In this document: positions 12,320-33,041 of the stretch, one piece after another
Position numbering within the stretch: the first letter of the stretch is position 1
Layout of the letters: every line of letters begins with the position of its first letter
NCBI GenBank assembly: GCA_002269645.1
Contig: NIVC01002757.1
Coordinates: 62,001 to 126,000, forward strand
DNA length: 64,000 bases
Source of the DNA: Macrostomum lignano
Taxonomy: Eukaryota
Reading direction: 5' to 3'
Translations under genes and position numbers: made by a program
Notes under the pieces: generated by a model
Told to the model about the DNA's origin: nothing
The model's database searches: none
What the model saw: only the letters and a program-made list of their open reading frames with translations

Positions 12320-13610
12320 TGTCTGCCTGTCTATCTGTCTGCCTGCCTGTTTTAGTGTCAGTCTATCTTCGTTCTGCCTGTCTGTCTTAGTGTCTGTCTG
12401 TCTGTCTATCTATCTTAGTGTCTGTCTGTCTTAGTGTCTGTCCGTCTGTCTGTCCGTCTGTCTGTCTATCTGTCTGCCTGCCTGTTTTAGTGTCAGTCTA
12501 TCTTCGTTCTGCCTGTCTGTCTTAGTGTCTGTGTCTTAGTGTCTGTCTGTCTGTCTATCTATCTTAGTGTCTGTCTGTCTTAGTGTCTGTCCGTCTGTCT
12601 GTCCGTCTGTCCGTCTGTCTGTCTATCTGTCTGCCTGCCTGTTTTAGTGTCAGTCTATCTTCGTTCTGCCTGTCTGTCTTAGTGTCTGTCTGTCTGTCTA
12701 TCTATCTTAGTGTCTGTCTGTCTTAGTGTCTGTCCGTCTGTCTGTCCGTCTGTCCGTCTGTCTGTCTGCCTGTCTATCTGTCTGCCTGCCTGTTTTAGTG
12801 TCAGTCTATCTTCGTTTCCGCCTGTCTATCTTAGTGTCTGTGTCTTAGTGTCTGTCTGTTTTAGTGTCTGTCTGTCTTAGTGTCTGTCTGCCTGTCTATC
12901 TGTCTGCCTGCCTGTTATAGTGTCCGTCTATCTTCGTTTCTGCCTGTCTATCTTAGTGTCTGTGTCTTAGTGTCTGTCTGTCTCAGTGTCTGTCTGCCTG
13001 TCTATCTGTCTGCCTGCCTGTTATAGTGTCAGTCTATCTTCGTTTCTGCCTGTCTATCTTAGTGTCTGTGTCTTAGTGTCTGTCTATCTTAGTGTCTGTC
13101 TGTCTGTCTGCCTGTCTATCTGTCTACATGCCTGTTATAGTGTCAGTCTATCTTCGTTTCTGCCTGTCTATCTATAGTGTCTGTGTATTAGTGTCTGTCT
13201 GTCTGTCTGCCTGTCTATCTGTTTGCCTGCCTGTTTTAGTGTCATTCTATTTTCGTTTCTGCCTGTCTATCTTAGTGTCTGTCTATCTTAGTGTCTCTCT
13301 TAGTGTCTGTCTGTCTATCTTAGTGTCTGTCTGTCTGTCTGCCTGTCTATCTGTCTGCATGCCTGTTATAGTGTCAGGCTATCTTCGTTTCTGCCTGTCT
13401 ATCTTAGTGTCTCTCTTAGTGTCTGTCTGTCTATCTTAGTGTCTGTCTGTCTGTCTGCCTGTCTATCTGTCTGCCTGCCTGTTATAGTGTCCGTCTATCT
13501 TCGTTTCTGCCTGTCTATCTTAGTCTCTGTGTCTTAGTGTCTGTCTGTCTTAGTGTCTGTCTGTCTGTCTGTCTGCCTTCCTGCCTGTTTTAGTGTCTGT
13601 CTGTCTTTCT
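12320..13610. repeat. Compound microsatellite (TCTG/TCTA/TTAGTG blocks in longer recurring units)
   Basis: Direct inspection: tgtctgtctatctgtctgcctgcctgttttagtgtcagtctatcttcgtt recurs throughout. Confidence 0.95.
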
Positions 13611-13972
13611 ATGCATTTCAAAGCATCGTGACTCATTGCATTAGCGGTCTTCATTCGTTTCCAAGCTTTACTTTGATAAAAATTTGCAACTAGCTACGCC
13701 CAAACTCATAAATCTGCACTTTAATCTGCAATATAACACGTTTTATCCACCTGGAAATCAGAAATTTTCAGTTTCTCTCCTTCCCCCACCGCGATTCCCT
13801 CTCAACTGATCTTCAATTCCCCGGCAATCCACCTCATCCCTACTGTATCCCGAACGGGCCTACAGGATTGGTCAAATTTGCCGTCCCATCATGATATTTA
13901 GCATCTCCGCCTAGAGAACTCATCCAGCTACTTTCAAATTGAACCTTGCCGCCTGCAATATCAGCCAGAGCC

Positions 13973-14593
13973 ATGTCTCCGACCGCAACCTTGGCGTCCG
14001 CAACTTGGCCAGTCTGTTTGGCACTCGTCACCTCGGCTATCAGCGCGGGCGTACTGGTGGCAGCGGCTCTCTACTGCTGCCTCCGGGACACCAGTCGGTT
14101 CACCTGCTGCGGCGCTGAGTTTTACTTTGCCTCCGAACTGTCGTCCTGGAGCGACTACGACGAACCCGGATGTACATGTAGCAGCGGAATCGGTGACGCC
14201 GCTACCACATCCGGCAGCCACTATTCAACGCACTGTCGATATCAGCGTCAGGCTGCACTGTTGTCCTCACCGACAATGTTTCAGCAGCAGGGCGACAGCG
14301 GCAGCCTCAGGCTTCAACCGATGACCTCATCGACTGTGATTAGTAACCACAGCAACGCGAGCTCCCTACCTGTAACGCCTCGAACCGTGGATGAAACTCG
14401 AGTGCTGTTAGTACCCACGGTAGTCGAGCTAGACGACGACGAAGAATGCGACGAGTTTGTTGATGGCGACAACGGAGCTTTGCAAACAGCTACTGCGTCG
14501 TCTCGGTTTGCTGCTCTGATCAATAGCGGATCTAGTGGGTCAGCTGGACAGCGATTGGGAGCTGAAGCGCCTTGTAGACGAGAGTATGTGTAG
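13973..14593 (+). CDS. Hypothetical single-pass membrane protein, 206 aa
   Basis: GC-rich ORF from ATG 13973; hydrophobic helix WPVCLALVTSAISAGVLVAAALY followed by CCLR, Ser-rich tail, acidic patch ELDDDEECDEF, C-terminus REYV*. May be a last exon rather than a whole gene. Confidence 0.55.
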   Translation: MSPTATLASATWPVCLALVTSAISAGVLVAAALYCCLRDTSRFTCCGAEFYFASELSSWSDYDEPGCTCSSGIGDAATTSGSHYSTHCRYQRQAALLSSPTMFQQQGDSGSLRLQPMTSSTVISNHSNASSLPVTPRTVDETRVLLVPTVVELDDDEECDEFVDGDNGALQTATASSRFAALINSGSSGSAGQRLGAEAPCRREYV

Positions 14594-14689
14594 CGATGTA
14601 TGTAAAATAGTTCAAGAACGTTTTGCTGACCAATAATTGCGTAACCTGCTTTGAAATTTACTTACAGTACGCGTACTTTGATAGCAGCC

Positions 14690-16760
14690 TATTGAAACGC
14701 ACCGAAAGAGGGATTAACAGTTCATTAAAACACACCGGAAGAGGGATTAGCAGTTCATTTAAACACACCGGAAGAAGGATTAACAGTTCATTTAAACACA
14801 CCGGAAGAAGGATTAGCAGTTCATTTAAACACACCGGAAGAGAGATTAGCAGTTCATTTAAACACACCGGAAGAAGGATTAGCAGTTCATTTAAACACAC
14901 CGGAAGAAAAAGGATGAACAATTCATTTAAACACACCGGAAGAAAAAGGATGAACAATTCATTTAAACACACCGGAAGAAGAATTAACAGTTTATTTAAA
15001 CACACCGGAAGAAGGATTAGCAGTTCATTTAAACACACCGGAAGAAGGATTAACAGTTTATTTATCACACCGGAAGAAGGATTAACAGTTCATTTAAACA
15101 CACCGGAAGAAGGATTAACAGTTTATTTAAACACACCGGAAGAAGGATTAGCAGTTCATTTAAACACACCGGAAGAAAAAGGATGAACAATTCATTTAAA
15201 CACACCGGAAGAAAAAGGATGAACAATTCATTTAAACACACCGGAAGAGAGATTAGCAGTTCATTTAAACACACCGGAAGAAAAAGGATGAACAATTCAT
15301 TTAAACACACCGGAAGAAGGATTAGCAGTTCATTTAAACACAACGGAAGAAGGATTAACAGTTTATTTAAAAACACCGGAAGAAGGATTAACAGTTTATT
15401 TAAACACACCGGAAGAAGGATTAACAGTTTATTTAAAAACACCGGAAGAAGGATTAACAGTTTATTTAAACACACCGGAAGAAGGATTAGCAGTTCATTT
15501 AAACACACCGGAAGAAAAAGGATGAACAATTCATTTAAACACACCGGAAGAAAAATGATGAACAATTCATTTAAACACACCGGAAGAAGGATTAGCAGTT
15601 CATTTAAACACACCGGAAGAAAAAGGATGAACAATTCATTTAAACACACCGGAAGAAGGATTAGCAGTTCATTTAAACACACCGGAAGAAAAAGGATGAA
15701 CAATTCATTTAAACACACCGGAAGAAGGATTAGCAGTTCATTTAAACACACCGGAAGAAAAAGGATGAACAATTCATTTAAACACACCGGAAGAAGGATT
15801 AGCAGTTCATTTAAACACACCAGAAGAAGGATAAACAGTTCATTTAAACACACCGGAAGAAGGATTAGCAGTTCATTTAAACACACCGGAAGAAAAAGGA
15901 TGAACAATTCATTTAAACACACCGGAAGAAAAAGGATGAACAATTCATTTAAACACACCGGAAGAAGGATTAGCAGTTCATTTAAACACACCAGAAGAAG
16001 GATAAACAGTTCATTTAAACACACCGGAAGAAGGATTAGCAGTTCATTTAAACACACCGGAAGAAAAAGGATGAACAATTCATTTAAACACACCGGAAGA
16101 AGGATTAGCAGTTCATTTAAACACACCGGAAGAAGGATAAACAGTTCATTTAAACACACCGGAAGAAGGATAAACAGTTCATTTAAACACACCGGAAGAG
16201 AGATTAGCAGTTTATTTAAACACACTAGAAGAAGGATTAACAGTTCATTTAAACACACCGGAAGAGGAATTAACAGTTCATTTAAACACACCGGAAGAGA
16301 GATTAGCAGTTCATTTAAACACACTAGAAGAAGGATTAACAGTTCATTTAAACACACCGGAAGAAGGATAAACAGTTCATTTAAACACACCGGAAGAAGG
16401 ATTAGCAGTTCATTTAAACACACCGGAAGAAGGATTAACAGTTCATTTAAACACACCGGAAGAAGGATTAACAGTTCATTTAAACACACCGGAAGAAGGA
16501 TTAACAATTCATTTAAACACACCGGAAGAGAGATTAACAGTTCATTTAAACACACCGAAAGAAAAAGGATTAACAGTTCATTTAAACACACCGGAAGAAG
16601 GAATAACAGTTCATTTAAACACACCGGAAGAGGGATTAACAGTTCATTTAAACACACCGAAGAAGGATTAACAATTCATTTAAACACACCGAAAGAAAAA
16701 GGATTAACAGTTCATTTAAACACACCGGAAGAAGGATTAACAGTTCCAAATATAAGAAGG
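14690..16760. repeat. Minisatellite of 33-bp and 36-bp units (about 60 copies)
   Basis: Unit TTCATTTAAACACACCGGAAGAAGGATTAGCAG (33) and variant with AGAAAAAGGATGAACAA (36); accounts for ORFs 15183-16835 (+) and 15065-16657 (-). Confidence 0.95.
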
Positions 16761-18419
16761 ATTAGCTTACAACAAATAAGCTGTATTGTAAAACAAATCA
16801 AGTTAATTCCCAAAATACACGCGAGCCGTTTTTGATGTAAACTGTTTATCCGATTAACGTAGACAAATATATATTAGTATTGTTATATTCTGTTTTATTA
16901 GTACGCTCGTATATATGCCTTTATTCTTTAAAAATACAGAAAAAAATCTGCTAGAAGGCAGCAATTATAATCCAGTGAAAGCAAATTAATCACAAGACTG
17001 GCAAAGAGACAGTTGAAGCGTTGCAAAGAGTTTCAAAAGAAGTCTTTTTATAGAAAAAATATTCGAGAACAACAGCTTCCGCGTACGTGACAAAACGAAG
17101 ATTTTTAATTTGTAGCTTAGCAAAGACAAACAAAGCAAAACGATTTAACTTTTTCCGGCGTTAACTGCGACAGAAGAACAGGTTCTGACATGCAATTAAC
17201 AAGGACTGCTCAAGTAAAAGTACTTCATTATAACTCGATTGATATTCCTATAGAGCTTTTTGTTTAGAATAAAAAGGTCTCATTATATTAGGCGAGTATA
17301 CGAGTATATATAGGCCATACTTATGAGAAAGCTTATACCTAGTTGCTAGTTATGCCATTTTATGACTTTCCGACACAGGAAAAGTACGTAGGAGAGAAAA
17401 TTAGCATAGAATCCTAATTTTCCTTAAAACAGCTCTTCGAATATCAATAGAGTTATTATAAACGAAGCCACATCAGGAGATGCAGAAACATTGGGTCTGC
17501 CCTACTATCAAAGGCAATTATAAATTTTGCGCTGTAAAAGATGGAAATCGCTATGATCTCCAAAATTTACTAATTGGTAATAATTGATAAAACTGATTGA
17601 TTGCATCAGTAACTAAATTGAAACAATTTTGGCTAAAAAAAATTAAAGTTAGCTAGAAAGCTTCAATAATGAAGACATTAAGGAGGTCAGGGAAACAACA
17701 AATCAGTTGACAACGCACATAAAACGTTTAATAAAGATGAGAACGCGATATTGAGAAGGGATTTGAAAACGAAGCTCTTAAATCTCCAAAAAAATATAGA
17801 AAAAGCGTCTTCAACTGAAATTTTATCAAGTATGATCGAGTGTTGAGTGCTAGCTAACTTCCTAAATCCTAACCCACAGAGGCATCAAGTCAGATTAACG
17901 CCCATCTCAAGTCTCGGGCACAATTAGCAATTCAAGACTCCTCATGGGAACAGAAAAATCCTGGCGCCTAATCAGTGCGACATGAAAATCAATTCTAGAT
18001 CTTATAGCTGACACTTTTTCAGGGGGGATATTTCAGCGCTTCTATAGTGGATTAAAAATTTTCATTCCAACACGAAATTAATTTGACACACAACAGACGG
18101 TTTGGTAAACGTGCGCTCGCGCTTACTACAAGTAGCATTTACAGGTAGCTAAAGTTATCTTGTATAAAAAATACAGTTTAAAGTATAAAAAATAAAGAGA
18201 ATTTTATGACTCAATGGGTAAAAATTCTTAATATCCCACTCTCCATTCAACCCGAATGCTTGGTAAGTAGTGTCGGTTTTGGGGGCGTTACAGCTTCTGT
18301 AGAAAGTATTTACATGTAACCAGGCTGATCAACAAGCCTATAAGTTTCTATAAATCTAAATCTAAGAAGTATTAATTTAGCAACCAATTTTTCACCTATC
18401 TAAATATACCCTTTTTGCA

Positions 18420-18600
18420 GCATATATTGTTATACTGTAAAGAGACGAGAGAGGAGAGAGAGAGAGCAGATATGAGAGAAAAGAGATGAGATAAAAAGAA
18501 AATGGATAAAAGAGGAGAGAAGAGAGAGAATATAAGAGGATAAATGAGATGAAAAAAGAAAATCCGAGAGGAAAGAGGAGAAAGGAGAGAAGTTTCAAAG
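18420..18600. repeat. GA-rich low-complexity tract
   Basis: Purine-rich on the + strand (gagagaggagagag..). Confidence 0.8.
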
Positions 18601-19016
18601 AAGCCCACATGCTTAAGACAGACATTTAGAGAGATTCATTCTGCGTGGCGGCACCCCAGCTGACCAGATCAATGCTTGGCTCAAATCTTAATTTAACACG
18701 AATTTACTCCATTTTTTTCAAACCTCTATCCTAAATATTGACAATTTTTGCTTGAGTATTAGTATGACTTCAAAATGAAGAATTTTTGCAAAAATAGGTC
18801 CGGGGATCGGAATTCTGCGGCTTCAAAATCCGCGGCTTTCAACAGCTTGTACTGTAATATGAAGCATGCACTTATTATTTATTCACCATTTTTTGTTAAA
18901 CCAGGTGCCAAAACGCCCTACAATGCAAAACACTGGCTAGCTACAGCTAGCCTGGTCTAAAGCATCTCAAGTTTTATATATCGGTGCTTTTCGTTTACCG
19001 AGCTTACTTCAACGTT

Positions 19017-27060
<8,044 letters not shown>

Positions 27061-28320
27061 GACCACTGCGTCTCTGTGCGAGGTCTAATGACTTTATAGA
27101 GTGAGTGAAAGTGTCCGGAAGGAACCACTAAACCGGCTGCACGGATACTACGACAAAGGATGCGGCTTAACTTATCAGTAATAGATTTCTAGTCCTAAGA
27201 GCTCTCACCCCCTGCTCTGATCCGAATTGGCTGGCCGCAGAGCCGAAATCCCCCAGCCACTCAGCAATCATTAGTAATTGGGGGATAATTCCTGCCGTCT
27301 CCACCCCGCGTCCCCCTTCCAGTTTCCCTGCCGGGCCACACTCAGCAAATCAGCTTTGCAGAAAGAGAATGGCTGGTTACTATGGACGACAACAACGAAT
27401 GAATGGTAAAAAAGAGACTGGAAGAGTGAATAGAGATGCGTAGAGGCAGACGCAGGGGGAGGTACTTGGCTTAGTGGAAGGACAAACCAGCTGAAGTGCC
27501 CGGGTGGCCTGCAGGTCTGACTCTCGCCCACACGCCCCAGCAGTAAGATTCTAAGCTTCTTTTGTGTCCGCGAACTGCAGCAGCTGTCTCCAGCGGCTGG
27601 GAGCAGCAGCAGTCGCTATTGTCACGGGTCGGGCCTGCAGCTGTGGAAAAAAGCATGCAGTCATACACAGCATTACATGTTTATCTGTCAGTCTTGCAGC
27701 TTTCGCCCCGCAGCGGTACCGCTATCTATTCGGCTATGGATGCCACGCAAGGATGAACCCTTAGGCAGGGAATATCTCGATGAAAAAGTTGAGGCCCTCA
27801 TGGAATCCTTGTAGAAAAGATCTTTACTATCTATAGTTTACTTTTTTCGATTCATTCACATTGAGTCTTGAAAGGCTTTGTCAATTTTTTTGGCTTTGCG
27901 GGCTTTGTCTTCAAACATTGCTGGCTCCCATGGCAAAGAAATAACAAATAGACGACTACTTCGTTAATTCAGTATCGGAAATGTCTATTGAAATGTTCAA
28001 CAACAGCATCGGCAGGGAGTAAGAGAGCATTTAAAATAATCTATTTTTAAAATCACTCTTCAATTTGCGTTCAATTTTTCATTAAACAGAAAGCTCAATT
28101 AAGAGACCAATTTAAGTTTCGCTGGTCAGAAACAACCTTGCAAGCTCGTAAAAAAGTAGTCGATAAGTTGCTGCTCAACAAAATGACAGCATTAGGTTAG
28201 TAGTATATTTAGATTCAAATTTGTCGCTTAATTCAAATCTATAGGCGGAAGGCGTCTTGCATTGTCTAATGGAATAAAAACCTTTAAAATGCCATTACAT
28301 TACAGCTGTGGAGCTATGTG

Positions 28321-28680
28321 ACTACGTAGCACGCAGAAACTGCAGGGTTTTCAGATGTTTTGACGCAAAAAACGCAAATTATACTACTATCTGAAAATGA
28401 AGTAAGTAGTATATGAAAACGATATCCTAAGCGTGATATACTTTAATATGTACTCGTATATGTACATTAATCCATGTACTCATATGTGTACATTAATCCC
28501 ATGTACTGCATTAATCCCTATCTATCTCAAATTGTATATGTACATTGTCTACTTCCATGTCTATCCCAATTCTACATGTGTATTGTCAACTTGTACAGTC
28601 CTTCTATATGTACACTTGCGCATTAATCTACTTCTATGACAATTTTTATATGTACAGTACATTATGTACATTAATCCCCA
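28321..28680 (+). repeat. Left terminal inverted repeat (core 28321-28437, degenerate inner part)
   Basis: 28321-28437 is the reverse complement of 37901-38018 with one A-run indel and three substitutions; inner part made of TGTACATTAATCC-type subrepeats matching 37660-37900 loosely. Confidence 0.9.
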
Positions 28681-31644
28681 ATCTACACGACGGCCCCCGC
28701 TCTGCGTATTTGAATCGTCAACCCCACAAGATTATATGTACAACTCGAAACACTAATTGTTACGTGTACAGCACAGTATATGCGCAGAGGTGGGTCGGTG
28801 TGTGCGCGCCAACTGTACAATCTCACCTACTACCAAATGAGTCAACTAACATTCAAGTTTTACAGAACACGTCATATATGCATATTTATATGTGAATTAC
28901 TCAAAACCAAATGTAACTGATTACGCCATACTACCATTAGTAGAGTTTACAAGTCGAGATTCTTACTGAAAAAGATTACATTCATAATTTTACATTTTTA
29001 TATTGAAAAAGCTGATATCATGTTTATTTTCAACTATTTTCAATAGTTGAAACAGAGAGCATGCAGAAGCGCCCACCCACCCAAATTATACCCAAAATTT
29101 GCAAAGCGGCCGCACATCCAAGAATTAACTCTTCATATTCCGCTGACCCTCAAAAAGCAAACAGTGTACGCAGAAACCGCCGCCCATCCCCAAAATTGGC
29201 GGAGGAGGTGCATGAGTTAGCCAAAAATTGCTGTCCACACTGTTATATCCACTCCTTTTATACTTCATCCCTCTAGAATTCAGCCCTCGTCGCCACTCCG
29301 AGACAATTACGTCATTCCCAACCCCTCTCCCCGAGTCAAAAAAGTTTTCAAAAGACGTATATATATGATACGTATACGATTTATTTAGTCGGCCTCTAAA
29401 TTCAAGACTGTGAAAGCAATGTTTTATATGCTTCGTATCACAGTGCGGATGATACAAGACCCTTGTCGCACTTTATCCGCAAAATATGCCACTGACGCTG
29501 GTGTACACTATGGAATTAATTATGTTGCATGTTGAATCACCCTTTATCTCCGGCCATATTCAAAATTCAACCCCAAGACTTGTTCGAAAACATCCACCCC
29601 TCAGCAGACCCCTATATAGCAAATCGAATTGAACCACTCGCCCCTGTTTCTCTCTGCACCCTTCTAAATGCCAAGGAATTTCGACCCCTCTCTCCATTTT
29701 CAGTGTACAAACAGATCTTTTCACAGCACGGACCCTATATTAAACCTCATTCAGCAAAACCCCTCTTCTCCAATTACGTCATCCATGCCGCCCCAGTTAG
29801 CAAGAAACTAACTTTCAATGCACACATCAACCCCACGAATCTGAGCAAATCCGAGTCAACCTCCAACTGCATCGACCCAATACCCCTGCATCTGTCAATG
29901 TACACAACCTATGAATCAGTGTATCCTCTGCATACAATTCCGAGACTGAATTCTATAGATGTGTTTTGTCAAAGAAATACTTTGGCACTATAACCAATGC
30001 GGTATACTAGAAGTAGTGAAGTCCACCCGCCCAAAAACGTGCTGCTATGTCAATTCTATCGCCTCCCCTACCTTCTCACTTCAAGCTTTCAGACTCTATG
30101 AAAGTTCGATCGCTCGAAGCAGGAATGAATCACCCACGGACCTCTCCAAGTTGGAATTCCGTCCAAGTTTATTAAAAGCTAAATTAGTAGCTCGTAAAAA
30201 GCACATTTCATAAAAGGCGAGTTTTCTACAGTTTCTTTAATTTTACCGTTTCAAGTTACACTTTGTTGATCAAAATCAGTAATTTCATCACTGGAAACCA
30301 TAATTTCAACAGCTAATTTGCCCAAATGCCGTTTCAACTTTACTTGAGACGGCTTCGAAGCAAGAATGATCCCACACGGAAGTCCACAAGCCAGCCCAGC
30401 CTAAGAAATGGTTGATTAATGGTAAAAATTTATTAGAAATGCAAACTTTTTCACGAAAACCACGAGTTTTCCTCATTTTTCGATTTTTAACGTTAAAATG
30501 CTTACTTTATGGATCGAAATCTGTCATTTTATCAATAGAAATCATAATTTTAGCTAATAAACCATCAAAAATGCTGTTTAATCATTCAAATAGGCATGTA
30601 TATTGCCCAAGAAGCTGGGGAAATATTGTATAGACACTGTAAAAATTGGGGCTAAAAACACAGTCTGCTATTAAACTTAAAGTTTTCAGTGTTCGATTGA
30701 TTTCGATTACTAAATCATGCCATTGATGCTATTTTAAACGTTATTCTCAGTTCCGAAGCTCCCAACAGCCTCTTTTAGATGCACTGAATCCTGAATCAGT
30801 TTTGCTGCATACTTTGCATGTTGAATCACCCTTCAATTCAAAGATTCTCCACTACATACATTCTAGCCATATTCAAAATTCAACCCAGGACTATTAATGT
30901 TCGCCAATATGGAGAGAACAGCACAACACCTACCCCAGCCTCACCAAGGCAATTCTTTACTACCGCGTAAATGCCATAACTGACTCTCTGTCCCTATAAC
31001 CCCAGGTCCATCCCTAAACATTACGTAAACAGAAGTAGAAAACTCTGTCTCTCTGTTTTGGCTTGTGACAGGGATCTCCGTCACTTCATTACTCTTTGTG
31101 GATATTTTAGATGATGGCAAGAGCTTTTCATCGACTATTACTCTTCACCAAGCCTCTGTCAATCGGATGCTTTGCACACAAGCCCCATTTCACCAAGGTT
31201 ATTAAATTGATACAGCGATTTTTAACAACCATTTTCTCGCAGAGACCGGCGGGCCTTAAAAACCACAGAAGTTATCTTTCATATTTTCATCTGTATTTAG
31301 CTATTATTGGTCCGCCAAGGTATTGTATTTTGAATAAACACCGTTTTCTATCAGATTTAAGTCGAAAAGACATGCTGCAAGAGGAAGCTGTCTTCCTAAT
31401 TAAGAGACTGTACTCTGGCGGAGCAGCAGTTTCCACTCCTGCGAGAATGCTGGTTGGGTGGCTCCGCTCAGATCCAATAAAAAACCGCATGAGAAAAGAA
31501 TTTATGGGGTATTTTCGACCCCAACTTTTCTATACCAAATGCGGAACCGAGTGTACAATCGTACACTAATCTAGAAAATATAGACCCGGGAAAGAAAACC
31601 ACGCACACCTCTCGTGCCCCTACCCCATCCTCCCTCTCGCGGGG

Positions 31645-31652
31645 TATATAAA
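31645..31652 (+). promoter_or_regulatory. TATA box upstream of the putative first PolB exon
   Basis: TATATAAA in GC-rich context, about 190 nt before ATG 31839 whose short frame ends at a GTGAGT donor (31972). Confidence 0.5.
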
Positions 31653-33041
31653 GCGGGTGAGAGCTGCTGCAGCCGCATCAGCAAAAGCAGCCAGCAGCAG
31701 AAGCCACAACAGCAGCATCACAGCTAGCAGCAACAGCAGAAGCAACGACAGCCACCAGCCCTCTGCCTCTAACATCAGCTGCAGCAGCATCATTAACATC
31801 ACCAGCAGCATCAACAACCATCTACCTTCCCCATCGAAATGGCATCGAAGCGCTCTGCTGCGGAAGCGGCTATTTCAGCCTTGTGGGGGCAGGCCGGCCC
31901 ATCCAGGCAGCAACCGCAGCAACAACAGCAGCAGCATCAGCCTCCGGCAGCAAAGAGGGGACGACAGCTAGGTGAGTCTCTGCGCGCGTAAAACTATGCT
32001 TTTAGCATTTGCAAAATCTAAAATCAGAAAAATAGGGCTGTATAATTGCTTTAGCATTTGTGTGTGATTTGCAAACTTCACGCTTGTTGAAATATGGGCT
32101 TTCTTTGAAACCACAGCTTTCCATCTTTAACATTCATTTTGGCTTAAAATTTCTGTAATTGCTTTTCAGCTTTAGCATTTGTGTGATTTGCAAACTTAAC
32201 GCTTGTTGAAATATGGGCTTTCTTTGAAGCCACATCTTTCCATCTTTAACATTCATTTTGGCTTAAAATTTCTGAATTTCCTCTTGACATAGATGTTGAA
32301 GTTGGATTTCTCAAATTCAGGCCTATTGAAATAACAGAGTTTTAGAGAATATCCGCAACAGCAGTATAGCCGGATAATGCCTGTAGAGGATAGTCATAAA
32401 ATTTCTGGGGTTATGTGACTAGAGAAGCAAAAACAGCAATCCTGTGGCGAGCGCGTGACTTAGCGGGGGGCGGGCAGGCGGCAGTGATAAAATCAACCCC
32501 CGATTTTTGGGCATGATTATGTAATCACCGCTGCAATTGACAGTAGGGGTTTTGGCAGCAATAAAACTTGGCTGCTACAGTGAGGGTTATTAATCAGACA
32601 GCTTTAAAAATCCAAAAGCGGCCGCGCGGTATTGTTGCTAGGTGTCAAGGAGGTACAATGGAGGCACGTGCTGATAGGGGTTTTCTTAAATTTTACAATG
32701 GCTGCTGCGGCAGGATCAGTGTTATCAGGGTCATCAATCAAACATTTTTGACAGCCTAAAATTCGAAGCGGGGGTCAATCAACCCCACATTTCTTTTGTT
32801 GCTACGTGTCGGAACGTGCCGAGTTGGGGTTTTTACAACTCGCCGATTTTTGTTGCTTGGGGTGGGGCGATAAAATTGCTGCTGCTGCAGGCAATCAATC
32901 AAAAGTTTTTGACAGTTGTAAAATTCCAAGCGGTCAGAATTTTAGTCACCATGCGCATTTTTATTGCAGATTTGGCTCAATTTCAACCCCCACCCCAGCC
33001 CGACACTGTCGAAGGCGATGGTAAGGAGTTGATTTTATTTC

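Noticed and set aside
31111-31569. 152-aa ORF in the element as the missing integrase
   Set aside because: Only a faint resemblance to an integrase N-terminus (LY..WL..RKEF); no DDE core, AT-rich codon usage unlike the pPolB, and it lies upstream of the TATA box.
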